This document shows positions 7,993 through 18,600 of a stretch of 64,000 nucleotides of DNA, piece by piece; position 1 is the first letter of the stretch, and each line of letters begins with the position of its first letter. The translations under genes were made by a program, and so were the position numbers. The notes under the pieces were generated by a model, which saw nothing but the letters and a program-made list of their open reading frames with translations, was not told the origin of the DNA and made no database searches. The DNA comes from an uncultured Verrucomicrobiae bacterium (GTDB taxonomy: Bacteria; Verrucomicrobiota; Verrucomicrobiia; Limisphaerales; Palsa-1400). Location: the NCBI GenBank assembly GCA_963707025.1, contig CAVPOM010000004.1:843735-907734 (forward strand). Reading direction: 5' to 3'.

Positions 7993-9129
7993 ATGACGAA
8001 CCTCACTCCGACGCAACGATTTAGAACCAGGAAGTCTCGTGCGGCGGTGCCCGGCCCTGCCATCTGGAAGGTGCCTGACATCATGGCCACCCTTGGGCCG
8101 ACACTGGAAAAGCAGGAAGACTTGCGCCAGGCCATCCAAGCCGGCGTCCGCTGGGTCCGGCTGCCTTGCGGATACCGGCAGCGACCACACTTGGAGAACG
8201 CCCGGACCGCGCGCGCGGCTGCGACGCAAGCCGGCCTGCCCGTCCAATTGCTGCTGGACCTGCCCTCTTCCCGGCCGCGGACCGGGACGATGCAGGACCT
8301 GCAACTGGCCATAGGCGATGCCGTGCTTTTCTGGGATCCCGAGGCCGGCAGCGAGGCGCCCCTCAAAAACGGCGCGTGGCCGGTGCCGCTGCCCGGTCTG
8401 CGGGAGTTGGCGGACAAGCTGGCTGCGAAGCACCGCATGTGGTTTTGCGACGGGCGTCTTAACTTTGTCGTGGATGGACTCCATGACGGGTTTGTCGCAG
8501 CCCATTTAGTTGACGGTACCATCCCGCTCAAGTCTTCCAACGCGCTCTTTTTGCCCGATTGTTCCAGCGGTTTCAGGGCCATTACTCAACTGGACCGTGA
8601 GCTGTTGCGAGAGTTCGCCGCCGCCAAACTGCTTCCCGACTGGGTGGCTCTGTCGCTGATTGCATCGCCTCAGGACGTGCGCGAAGGTCGCGCGGAGGCC
8701 GGCAAATGCCTGGGCGCTGAAGTCCGCGTGATGGCCAAATTCGAGACGGTCGCGGCGGTGGAGTGTGCGGAGGCGATCATCGCCGCCGCGGATGGCCTCA
8801 TGGTGGCCCGGGGCGACCTTGGCCTGGCCGTTGGCTACACCCGCCTGCCGGGCGTGCAAGAGCAGTTGGTGGCGGCCGCGCGGCGGGCTGGCAAACCGGT
8901 GGTTGTAGCCACTCAAATCCTGGAGACCTTCGCCGCAACCGGCCTCCCCCAGCGTCCCGAGCTTTCAGACTTGTCGCTCATCGCCCGCCAGGGGGCCGAT
9001 GCCATCATGCTGGGCAAGGAAACCGTCTTCAGTCCTCGGCCTCTGGAGTGCATCCGCCTGGCGTCGGAGGTCCTGACTTACGAGACCCGGCGTTTCGAGC
9101 AGGTTTATGGCACACAGCGCCCGGTTTGA
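7993..9129 (+). CDS. Divergent pyruvate kinase-like protein lacking the C-terminal domain
   Basis: IMATLGP, AKFET, DGLMVARGDLG, VATQILE, RPELSD and GADAIMLGKET. The RLNFSHG motif is replaced by RLPCGY. Confidence 0.85.
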   Translation: MTNLTPTQRFRTRKSRAAVPGPAIWKVPDIMATLGPTLEKQEDLRQAIQAGVRWVRLPCGYRQRPHLENARTARAAATQAGLPVQLLLDLPSSRPRTGTMQDLQLAIGDAVLFWDPEAGSEAPLKNGAWPVPLPGLRELADKLAAKHRMWFCDGRLNFVVDGLHDGFVAAHLVDGTIPLKSSNALFLPDCSSGFRAITQLDRELLREFAAAKLLPDWVALSLIASPQDVREGRAEAGKCLGAEVRVMAKFETVAAVECAEAIIAAADGLMVARGDLGLAVGYTRLPGVQEQLVAAARRAGKPVVVATQILETFAATGLPQRPELSDLSLIARQGADAIMLGKETVFSPRPLECIRLASEVLTYETRRFEQVYGTQRPV

Positions 9130-9925
9130 GTTGAAATACCTCATCGAGGAACCCCGCGCCGTGGCGGTGGCGGATTTTGTTTCCAGCTATCTTCGGCCTT
9201 CCGAGCACAACGGCTCCGGACCCATCCGCGGGCATCCGGTCATCAGCCTTTACCTGGATTCACCGGATTTCTTTTTTTTCAGGCAGGCCTACCAAGGCAA
9301 CAGAAACCGCATGAAGCTGCGCATCCGTTTCTACGACGACGAATGGCAGCGGCCCGCTTTCCTGGAGGTCAAGCGCCGCGTCAGCGAAGTCATCCTGAAA
9401 GACCGGGCGATGATGACGCGGGAAGGCGTCCGCCAGATCCTCACCCAAGGCTGGCCCGGCTGTCCTTATTGGGCCGACTTCACCCACCTCATCCACGGCC
9501 GGCGGCGGCAGGATGTGAACGAGGATTTCTGGAGGTTCGCCAACACGATGCGCGCCTGCGGGTCCATTTATATCTCCTATTACCGGGAAATCTACGAGGC
9601 GCCCGAGGACGAGGAGCTGCGGGTGACCCTGGACCGCCAAATCCGCGGCAGCCGTTACGACGGCAGCGGCCGGTTGCAGGTTCCCCAGCGCGGCTGGCGT
9701 CCCTTTCTGCCTCCTTACGCAGCGCCGTTCCCCCAGAACGGTGTTATCCTGGAGTTGAAATTCGACAATCAGGCGCCGCGCTGGATGTTTGATCTGGTCA
9801 AAATCTTCAATCTCCAGCGGATTCCCTTCTGCAAATATGTGGCGTGCATGTATGCGCAGGATCTGCAGTGGCGGCGGCGCGTGCTGGCGGAACAGGAGCA
9901 GGATTTGGTATTAACAGGAAACTGA
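9107..9925 (+). CDS. VTC / polyphosphate polymerase domain protein (CYTH-like)
   Basis: RFELKY, SLYLDS, KLRIRFY, FLEVKRR, RVTLDR, ILELKF and KY motifs. Confidence 0.9.
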   Translation: MAHSARFELKYLIEEPRAVAVADFVSSYLRPSEHNGSGPIRGHPVISLYLDSPDFFFFRQAYQGNRNRMKLRIRFYDDEWQRPAFLEVKRRVSEVILKDRAMMTREGVRQILTQGWPGCPYWADFTHLIHGRRRQDVNEDFWRFANTMRACGSIYISYYREIYEAPEDEELRVTLDRQIRGSRYDGSGRLQVPQRGWRPFLPPYAAPFPQNGVILELKFDNQAPRWMFDLVKIFNLQRIPFCKYVACMYAQDLQWRRRVLAEQEQDLVLTGN

Positions 9926-9934
9926 TCTGACATT

Positions 9935-10642
9935 ATGAACGATTTCATCAACCTGATCGAACACTCCGACCTGGCCCACTCCGTCTGGCCCGGCAACCCC
10001 GACCCGCGCATCGTCCTGTTCATCATCGTCCTGGCCTTTGCCGTGGGCATGTTCATCGGCTTTGTCTATATGTGGACCCACGAGGCGCTCTCCTACTCGC
10101 GCACCTTCGTCGGCGCACTGGGGGTGATGCCCTTGATCGTCGCCATGCTCATGCTCTCCATGGCCGGCAACGTCTTCGTCGCCTTCGGCCTGCTGGGGGT
10201 CTTCGGGGTCGTCCGCTTCCGCAATGTACTCAAAGATACGCGCGATACCGTCTTTATCCTCTGGGCGATCATGGAGGGTGTCGCCATCGGCACCACCCGC
10301 TTTTCCACCGGCGCCCTGGGCGCCCTGGGCATCGCCGCCGCTTTTCTTTGCCTGCGCTTCATGTCTTTCGGCACGCGGCTGCGCTATGACGCCGTGTTGA
10401 GCCTGCGCGTGACCGGGGATGTGGCGGCCCGGCTCCCGGCCTTGCAGCAGATCCTCAAGCGCCACGCCAGCCGGCTGGACCTGGCCAGCGAGCGCCGCAC
10501 CACCAGCGAAGGCACGGACATGACTTACCGGCTGCTGCTGCGCGACACTTCCCGCTCCAATGAACTGCAATCGGAACTGACCAGCGCCGAAGGCCTGGCC
10601 AACGTCTCCGTTTATATGCACGAGGACGAGGCGGAGATTTGA
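9935..10642 (+). CDS. DUF4956-type membrane protein
   Basis: Several TM segments with FGLLGVFGVVRFRNVLKDTRD; this is the usual partner of VTC genes. Confidence 0.85.
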   Translation: MNDFINLIEHSDLAHSVWPGNPDPRIVLFIIVLAFAVGMFIGFVYMWTHEALSYSRTFVGALGVMPLIVAMLMLSMAGNVFVAFGLLGVFGVVRFRNVLKDTRDTVFILWAIMEGVAIGTTRFSTGALGALGIAAAFLCLRFMSFGTRLRYDAVLSLRVTGDVAARLPALQQILKRHASRLDLASERRTTSEGTDMTYRLLLRDTSRSNELQSELTSAEGLANVSVYMHEDEAEI

Positions 10643-10654
10643 GCTTATACCCGG

Positions 10655-13600
10655 CTAGGGATTCAGGATCAGGCGATAGAAGCGATTGGTTGGGGACGGA
10701 GCGGAGGGATCGCAGATAGTAACGACCGGAGAGGCGGCGGTCAGGTTGGTCAGGAACTGCCAGTTGGCCGTGGCGAGGTCCCCGCTGTATAGCACGGTGT
10801 AATTGCGCCCGAGGAGAGCGGTCCAGCTTATCCGGAAGCCTTGGGCGGAGGACGCGGCGCCGTAGAATTGGGGCGCAACGCCCGCCGAGGGAGCAAAGGC
10901 GATGCCGCGATAGAGCTGGTTGACGCCCGCAGTGGCCAACGTGCCCGCCAAGGATGCGGCACCGGTGTCGGTCACGGTGACAATGCGATTGGCGGAGGAT
11001 TCCGCGGTGGTGGCGTAGATGATCGGATGTGGGCCGGTGAAAGCCACGGTCAGGCCGCGCGCGCCAACGTTGGTCAGAGCGATAAACGTGTAGCTGAGCG
11101 TCCAGGCACTGCCGTTCAAGTCCCACCGCTGGATTCCGCCGTTCCCGGCCAGCGTGTCGTCGGCGACGTAGGCCGAGGTGAAATTGGAGTTGAAGGCGAA
11201 GGCAAAAGGGCTGCTGTCCGGCCCGGTGGGAAGGAAGAGGGACGGGGCCGCGGAGCCGACGGGTGTGCCGGGGATTTTCCAGATGCCGGGAGTGGACTTG
11301 CTGGTGCTGAAATAGAGGTTTCCGCCGAGGTCCTGGATAACCATGCTGTTGGCGACGGCGGATTGAACGGTGGCAGGGAGGCTGCCGCCAAAGTAAAATG
11401 TCCCGCTGTTGGCGCCTGCGCCCCAATAGTTGCCCAGGCCGTCGGTGGTGGCAGACCGGAAGTTGTTGGAGCTGTATTGGTTTGTGGTCAGGCCGAGGAT
11501 GGCAAACTGACCGCTGCCATCCAGGGCGCCGATGACGCGGGGCACCGTTGCCGCGGCAGAACCGGCCAGCGAGGAAGAGCTGTTGCTGTAGGCCATATTG
11601 TAGCCCGCGAGCATGAGCAGGCGCCGGTCGGCGGAAAGGGTCAGGCCGCCCTCGGAGGTGGCGCTGCCACTGGCGAGGAAGGCGTTGGACGATTCATCGG
11701 GAATGGCAATGCTGCCGGCCAGCCCGCCATTGGTGTTGAATTGGTCCACGAAAAGGGAGTTGCCGTGGCTGCTGAGGGATTCCGCGCCGTCGCCCACGCG
11801 CACGACGGCCAAATTGCCGGGGGTGAATGGGAGAGGGGAGGAGCTTCCGGCGAAGCTGTTCTGGTTGACCACCGCGCCCCGGTCGTTTTCAAGGATCAGC
11901 GCGGAGTTTCCCTGCGCGCTGAGGAAGCCGGCGAACGGCCCCTGCACAAAAAGGTTCTGGCCGGCGTGCGGACTGGCGGCGCGGGCGCGGAAAGCGTTGA
12001 CGCTGGCCGTGAGATAAAGAGATTTGCCGGCGGGGATGACTGTGCCGGGGCGCATGCGGAACTCAATGGCGCCCGTCAGGCGCCAGTTGGAAACATCCAC
12101 GGCGTAGGAGTTGGTGTTGCCCAGTTGCACGTATTGTTCGGCGGGATTTCCGCTGACAGGAGCGTAGTCGGAGGAGGCAATGAGGACGACGGCGTTCGTC
12201 GGCTGCGCGGCCGGAATGGAATTGCTGATGCTGATGGAAGTGCTGCCGTTGAGCGTGGCGTAAGGACTGGTGTAAAGAAAGGCGCGCCGTCCGGCCAGGA
12301 AATTGGAGATCAGGCGTTCGGCGTCATTCGGGAAATAGCTGAGGTTGGTGTCGCCCCAGGCCGGCCCCCAGACCGCGTAGTCCAGCGCGGTGTCGGACGG
12401 GGAGAGGCCCGGCGGGTTGAGGGTGTTTTCGTATTGACGGATGAGGGGTTCGAGGACCTGCGCGCCCGCCGGCGTCCCGGCGGGCATGAGGATGGTGTCC
12501 ATCAAGGTCCTCAGCCGCCGCAGATACATCTGGCTGAAATCGCCCGAGGCAAAAAACAGGTCGAAAAGGCGGTTGGCGGGTTTGGACTGGATGGGCGCGC
12601 CGGGATAGAAATCAAGGACGTTCGTTGTAAAAATGACGTCGTTGAAATAGTTCGACCCTGAGAATTCGTCCACCCAATCGCGCCCCCACGAAAGGTCAAC
12701 GTCCCACGGGAAAATCGCCCATTCGCCGGTGTTGTCGCTGTCGCAATAGAGATAGAAATTTTTATGGCCGACGTCCTGATCGCTGGTCAGCGCCATGTCG
12801 GCAAAATAACTTGCCGTCTGCGGCAGGTCGAGGTTGTCGTAGGCGTAGGCCACGCGTGTGGCGAGCGCAATGGACTCGTCCAGGTTGGTGATCAGAGCGG
12901 TCAAGTCCGCCGTGCCCGCGGGGTCCGATTGACGCGTTTCCTTGACATTGCCCGAAGCGCTGCTCATTTCATTATACATTTTGTAAAGCGCGCCGTTGTC
13001 ATCGCGCCCGATGCGGTCCAAAAACAACCCGTCCCCATATTCGACCATGTCTTCCAGCCCCCAAAAGGAGCCGTTGAGATGGATGCGGATGGGAAAGGAG
13101 AAAAAGCCGACGCCGCCCGACTGGGCGATGGCGGCGTAGGTGAGGGTGGTGCGGAGGCGCGCCTTGTCGCTGTAGTCGCTCATGAAAATGACCTTCTGCT
13201 CGCGCGTGCCGTTCGGCGCGTAAAGAAAGTCGTGGTCCTTGGGAAAAACCAGGTCGTGGCTTTTCTTGGGCCAGCCGGTGGAGGTCTGCCCATGCACATG
13301 AATGGCCAGGTTGTCATACAGCTCACCCAGGTAGAACATCGAGGCCTGCGTGCCGGTTTGATTGTCGGCGGCGGACGGATTTTGAATGAACAAATAAGCC
13401 ACCGGCAACTGCGAGTGAATGGCAGGATCGGCCACCACCGTTCCATAATACTGCTGCGATTCGGCCGGATCCGGGAAAATCGGCCAGCGCGAAGAGTTGC
13501 CGGCGGTGTCTGAAGCCGTGACATAATAGCGAATCAGTTGACCCGCCGCCGCCACCCCGGCGGGAATTTTGCCCGTCCAGGTCCCGTCTCCGGCGGCGGC

Positions 13601-15538
13601 ATCGCCATTGGTGCCGGCATCGTTCATGGGCGCGGTGGTTTCGGCGTCAAACATGACGCAATAATGCAAGGTGACGTTGGAAATGGCGCTGAAGCCGGGC
13701 GCCACTTGCGCGGTGACGGTGAGGGCATCGGTCGTTTGCGGAGGGTTGGGAGTGTGGCTGGCGCCGGTCATGATCGGGCCGAGATCGTTGCTGCTCGTGC
13801 CGTTGGGGCCGCCGGGAGTCGGCCCGGAGAAATAGCGATATGCGGCGAGGGAATTGGTGACGGTTTGGCCGAGCAATTGCGCCTGCAGCAGGAAATCGCT
13901 GTTGGTTGCGGCGAGGTTCAGGCCCTGCACGGCCAGCAGGTTGTTGCCCGCCTGCAAATACGGCGGCGCCGCGCTTAGGTCGAATTCCTGCCATTGCACC
14001 GCCCGCGGGTTCAGGTTCAGTTGCGTGGCGGTGGAATTCCAGGCCAGCGTGGCGGGGGCGCCGGCGGAGGCGATTTGCTGGCCGTTGAGGAAGGCGACGA
14101 AGCCGGCGTTGTAGCGCACCAGCAGGCTCAGTGTGCTGAAGGCCGGCGGGTCGGCCACGCTGAAAGGGATGCGCACGCAAGCGCTGGCGTTGGAACCATA
14201 CATCAGGGCGCGGACATCGGTGTTGATGTAATTGCTGTAGTTGCCCTCGGCGACGTTGGTCGCCAGGAAACCGGTGATCTCGTTGCTGGCCAGGGCGCGG
14301 TACCAGACCGCAACCTCGTCAATGCCACCCTTGAAATAATTCCCCGTGGGATCAAACACCCCGTCGCCGCCGATGTTGAAATTGAACAGCGATTCGCCGA
14401 AATTCGCCGCCGAAATTGCAGTGCTCCCCACATTGGTGGCGTCGAGAAAAAGCGACAGCCGCCCGTTGCCGCCCACGGCCGTGACATAGTGCCACTGGTT
14501 GGTTGGGTATGGGTAGCTCGCGGACACCGAGCCGGCTGGCGTCCAGATCTGGATGGTGGGATAGGAACTGAATCCAAATTCCATCGTGTCGTTTTGGCCG
14601 AACAAACCGGCCCGGTTGGTTTGCTGGGTCGTCGCCGGATTGATCCAACCGGCGATGGTGAAGGCGGGCAAATCATTGACCAGTTCATACGGTCCATTGA
14701 CAGCGGCGCTGACCCCGTCAAAGACAGGCGCGCAGTTGGCCGCTTCCAATGTCGGACATTTCGGCGGACGCGGCCCCGCGCCGCCCAGCACGATATGGCC
14801 CAAGTAACCCGCCGCGTCCGTGACGCCGTCCGTACCGGAATTGACCGCCTGGACGCCACTGGTTTCGTTCAGGCGCCAGTAGGCGGCGGGTTGGGAAGCG
14901 AGTACTTTGGCGGCGAACGATTCTTCTCCCGGGTTAAAAAGGCCCGTTTCGTATCCAATCCCATTGGTTCCCGCCCGCCAGGTCGAATCATCGAATCCGG
15001 TCTGCTGCCAGGCTCCATCCACGGAGGAGTTGGTGGGAATGATGTAAGACATCGTGGCGTTGGTGACCACCAGCGGGGTCGTGATAAAGGCCATGACCAG
15101 GCCGTAGGAGACATCTGGAAACTGCTGGGGATAGGAGGGCGAGAACTCGGTGGCGATGGAGAGGTCGGGACGGGACAGGGCCAGGTACTCCCCTGCGGGG
15201 TTGAGTTTGAAGTTGGTGTGGAGCGGGGCGCCGGGGACGCGGCGGTTCTTGCCGGAGGCAAAAACGACCATAAATGCGCCGGGAGGGAGGTTGGTGGAGG
15301 GGAAAAGCCATTTTTCCGGGTTGCCCGAGCTGTCGCTCAACGCCCAATTGCGCAGATTAACATTTGTCATGGACGCGTTTTGCAGTTCGATCCAGTCCGA
15401 GTAATCGCCATCCTCGTCGGCCAGGGTGTGGGTGTTGCTCGCCATGAATTCCGTGAGGCGCACCTGCGCCAATCCGGTGGCGCATCCCAGAAACAAAAGC
15501 GCCCCGAGAACTGGCCGGAGATTAGCAAGCTTGGTCAT
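10655..15538 (-). CDS. Large secreted protein with lamin-tail domains, a LamG/ConA-like domain and a CotH kinase-like domain
   Basis: Signal peptide; LTEFMASN...DYSDWIEL (lamin tail); AYWRLNE...GIDEVAVWYRAL (LamG); HKNFYLY...PWDVDLSWG (CotH); C-terminal FYRL module. Confidence 0.85.
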   Translation of the reverse strand: MTKLANLRPVLGALLFLGCATGLAQVRLTEFMASNTHTLADEDGDYSDWIELQNASMTNVNLRNWALSDSSGNPEKWLFPSTNLPPGAFMVVFASGKNRRVPGAPLHTNFKLNPAGEYLALSRPDLSIATEFSPSYPQQFPDVSYGLVMAFITTPLVVTNATMSYIIPTNSSVDGAWQQTGFDDSTWRAGTNGIGYETGLFNPGEESFAAKVLASQPAAYWRLNETSGVQAVNSGTDGVTDAAGYLGHIVLGGAGPRPPKCPTLEAANCAPVFDGVSAAVNGPYELVNDLPAFTIAGWINPATTQQTNRAGLFGQNDTMEFGFSSYPTIQIWTPAGSVSASYPYPTNQWHYVTAVGGNGRLSLFLDATNVGSTAISAANFGESLFNFNIGGDGVFDPTGNYFKGGIDEVAVWYRALASNEITGFLATNVAEGNYSNYINTDVRALMYGSNASACVRIPFSVADPPAFSTLSLLVRYNAGFVAFLNGQQIASAGAPATLAWNSTATQLNLNPRAVQWQEFDLSAAPPYLQAGNNLLAVQGLNLAATNSDFLLQAQLLGQTVTNSLAAYRYFSGPTPGGPNGTSSNDLGPIMTGASHTPNPPQTTDALTVTAQVAPGFSAISNVTLHYCVMFDAETTAPMNDAGTNGDAAAGDGTWTGKIPAGVAAAGQLIRYYVTASDTAGNSSRWPIFPDPAESQQYYGTVVADPAIHSQLPVAYLFIQNPSAADNQTGTQASMFYLGELYDNLAIHVHGQTSTGWPKKSHDLVFPKDHDFLYAPNGTREQKVIFMSDYSDKARLRTTLTYAAIAQSGGVGFFSFPIRIHLNGSFWGLEDMVEYGDGLFLDRIGRDDNGALYKMYNEMSSASGNVKETRQSDPAGTADLTALITNLDESIALATRVAYAYDNLDLPQTASYFADMALTSDQDVGHKNFYLYCDSDNTGEWAIFPWDVDLSWGRDWVDEFSGSNYFNDVIFTTNVLDFYPGAPIQSKPANRLFDLFFASGDFSQMYLRRLRTLMDTILMPAGTPAGAQVLEPLIRQYENTLNPPGLSPSDTALDYAVWGPAWGDTNLSYFPNDAERLISNFLAGRRAFLYTSPYATLNGSTSISISNSIPAAQPTNAVVLIASSDYAPVSGNPAEQYVQLGNTNSYAVDVSNWRLTGAIEFRMRPGTVIPAGKSLYLTASVNAFRARAASPHAGQNLFVQGPFAGFLSAQGNSALILENDRGAVVNQNSFAGSSSPLPFTPGNLAVVRVGDGAESLSSHGNSLFVDQFNTNGGLAGSIAIPDESSNAFLASGSATSEGGLTLSADRRLLMLAGYNMAYSNSSSSLAGSAAATVPRVIGALDGSGQFAILGLTTNQYSSNNFRSATTDGLGNYWGAGANSGTFYFGGSLPATVQSAVANSMVIQDLGGNLYFSTSKSTPGIWKIPGTPVGSAAPSLFLPTGPDSSPFAFAFNSNFTSAYVADDTLAGNGGIQRWDLNGSAWTLSYTFIALTNVGARGLTVAFTGPHPIIYATTAESSANRIVTVTDTGAASLAGTLATAGVNQLYRGIAFAPSAGVAPQFYGAASSAQGFRISWTALLGRNYTVLYSGDLATANWQFLTNLTAASPVVTICDPSAPSPTNRFYRLILNP

Positions 15539-15682
15539 ACCTCGTCCTTCTTACGTAATCATCAGTATATCAGAAGAGTTAATGGGTTGCAATGGGGATT
15601 CTCAAGCAAGGCGGATGCGGGAGTTTAGATTCGGAGTTTTGGCTTGCAAAACTCCGCAAACTGGCTATGCTCAACTGTTGCC

Positions 15683-18600
15683 ATGAAGGTTTCTCAAAGT
15701 TCACTGCGTTTTTCGGCGCAACTCCCCGCAAGCAATGGCCTTTGGCGCGGGGTTGGCCTGCGCTGGGGCGCTCCCGCGCTGCTGGCTTGGCTGTTCCTTT
15801 TTGCGGGTCTTCCTCCAGCCAGAGCCGGTCTGCCGCCCGGCTGGAGCGACACGGACATTGGGACGCCCGCGGACGCCGGTTCGGCGTCTGACAACAATGG
15901 CGGGTGGACCGTCTCCGGCGGCGGGGCGGACATCTGGGGAACGGCCGACCAATGCAACTTCGCCAGCCAAGGTTTCAATTGTGACGGCGCCATCGTTGCC
16001 CTGGTCACCAGCGTGCCGAACACCGATCCAAGCTCCGGCTGGTCCAAAGCAGGCGTGATGTTGCGCAACGACACCACGGCCGGGGCGGTCAATGCTTTTA
16101 TGACCGCCTCGGCGGGCCAGGGGGTCTCTTTTCAATTTCGCGACACGGCGGGCGGCGCGTCTGTCACCACGAAGGTCGGCGGAGTCAACCCGCCGGTCTG
16201 GGTCAAAGTGGTTCGTTCGAGCGACCAATTCAGCGGTTATTATAGTGTTGACGGGAGCAATTGGACCCAAGTGGGCGGCGCCGCCACCATCGAGATGGCC
16301 GGTCCCGCCCTGGCCGGGCTGGCCGTGACGGCCCACAACAACGGCGCGCTCAACACCTCCACCTTTACCAACGTCAGCCTGACGCCGCCCGCCTTCGGCA
16401 TCTACCGGGAGCTTTGGACCAACCTCAGCTCCAGCGTGGGCAACACTCTGGCCGCGCTGACGAACACAACCGACAACCCCAACTGGCCCAACGACCCTGC
16501 GCCGTCCTACACCCATGTTTTCACTAATTTTGAAACCGAAATCAATACCGGCATGAATTATTTCGGCCAGCGTCTGCGGACATTTGTCGTGCCGCCCGCC
16601 AGCGGTCTTTACACGTTTTGGATCGCCAGCGACGATAATTCCCTGCTTTACCTGAGCACCAGCGAGAACCCCGCCGGCATGGTGGCGATTGCGTCCAACA
16701 CGGCCTGGACGCCTTCGGAGGACTGGACCGAGTACCCCAGCCTGCAATCGGCGCTCATCAGCCTGCAAGGGGGCTGCCGTTATTACCTGGAAGCGCAGAT
16801 GCAGCAAGGGGCGGCGGGGAAAACCTCTCCGTGCGCTGGCAGTTGCCCAATGGGGCATTTGAACAGCCCATGGCGGCCGTAAGCGCAGCCGGCACGCTGC
16901 TGATCCCGTGCAACGGGGTGAACACGACCCCGGGCATTTTTGCCCAATCCAGCAGCGTGACGGTGGTGGAGAATCTCAATGCGGTTTTTTCGGTGCTGGT
17001 CACCAATCAGGCCCCGGTGACTTACCAATGGTTCACCAACGGCAGCAAGCTGGCCGGAGCCACCCTGCCGGTGGACACGCTGAGCAACGCCAGTTTCACG
17101 CTGAACAACGGCCAGATTTACACCTGTGTCGTCAGCAACAGCGCCGGTTCCATCACCAGCGCTCCCATCGCCCTGATCGTGCTGCACGACACCGTCCCGC
17201 CGGCGGTGGCTGAGGTTTTCAACCTCGGACCGGCCAGCGTGGAGATCGTTTTCTCCAAACCGGTCGCGGTCACCGACGCCACCAACGCGGCCAATTATGC
17301 GTTTACCAACGGGACCGCCATTACCGGCGCGGCGCTCGCCGCGAATAATTACAGCGTGACGCTGACCAGCGCGCCCCTGGTCTATGGGAGCAATTATGTC
17401 ATTGTCATAAATAATATTCACGACCGGGCCAGCACGCCCAATGTCATTGCCACCAACACCCTGGCTGGATTCACGGCCTTGCCTTTTGCGCCGCAGGACA
17501 TCGGCAGCCCGCCCATTGCTTCCACCGCCACCTACACCACCAACGGAGAGACCATCCAGAGCGCCGGCAATTACATCGGCGGCACCAGCGATCAATGCAA
17601 CTTGGAATACCAACTCCAGACCGGCAATTTTGACGTCTCCGTCTGCCTGGCCGGCCTGGGTCTGTCGGACCTTTGGGCCAAGGCCGGCTTGATGGCGCGC
17701 GCCAGTCTGGATGCGGGCAGCCCGTTCGCCGCCGCGCTGGCCACGCCCGGCATGAACGGGGATTTTTTCGCCGATCGCACCGCCACCAACGGCCAGGCGG
17801 CGGCCTCGGGGAGTTTTCCGGCCAATTATCCCAACACCTGGCTGCGGCTCAAGCGGGTGGGCAACGTGTTCACCGGCTTTGCCAGTTACGACGGACCAGA
17901 CTGGACGCAATTGGGCAGCGCGACGATCGTCATGCCCAGCCAGATTTACCTCGGCCTGGCCGTGGCCAGCCACAACACCAACCAACTGACCACGGCGCAG
18001 TTTCTGCGATTATGAAACCACGCCTGCCGACGCGGTGGTGGCCACGACCGTCAATCCGCACGAACCGCCGGGACCGTCCAGCCGCAAGACCGCCGATTGT
18101 CATTTCCGAGATCATGTGGAAGCCCGCCCCGCGCAGCGACGGCAACAACATCGGAGTTTCTGGAACTTTACAATTCCAATCCCTGTTTCCAGGACATCAG
18201 CGGCTACCAAGTCACCTGCGCGGACATGAATTACACCTTCCCGCCGAACACACTGATCCCCGGCGGCGGCTTTCTCGTCATCGCCGCTTCGCCGCCAGGC
18301 ATCGCAAATGTTTATGGCGATCACCAACGTCCTGGGCCCCTACACCGGCAGCCTCAAGAAATCCGAGACGCTCCAATTGCTGGACGAACAGGGAGCAGTG
18401 TCTTGCTGACCGTGCCTTATTCCGATGTCTACCCGTGGCCGGTGGCGGCCGATGGCACCGGGCATTCGCTTGTCCTGGCCAATCCGACTTACGGCGAAGG
18501 CGATCCGCGCGCCTGGGACATCAGCGACATCGTGGGCGGCTCGCCGGGCCAGATGGATTCGTTCCGTCCCAGCCCGCTGCGCAACGTGGTCATCAACGAG

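Noticed and set aside
10841..15628. Long plus-strand ORFs (606, 249 and 544 aa)
   Set aside because: Antisense shadows of the 1627-aa CotH gene, typical of high-GC DNA.
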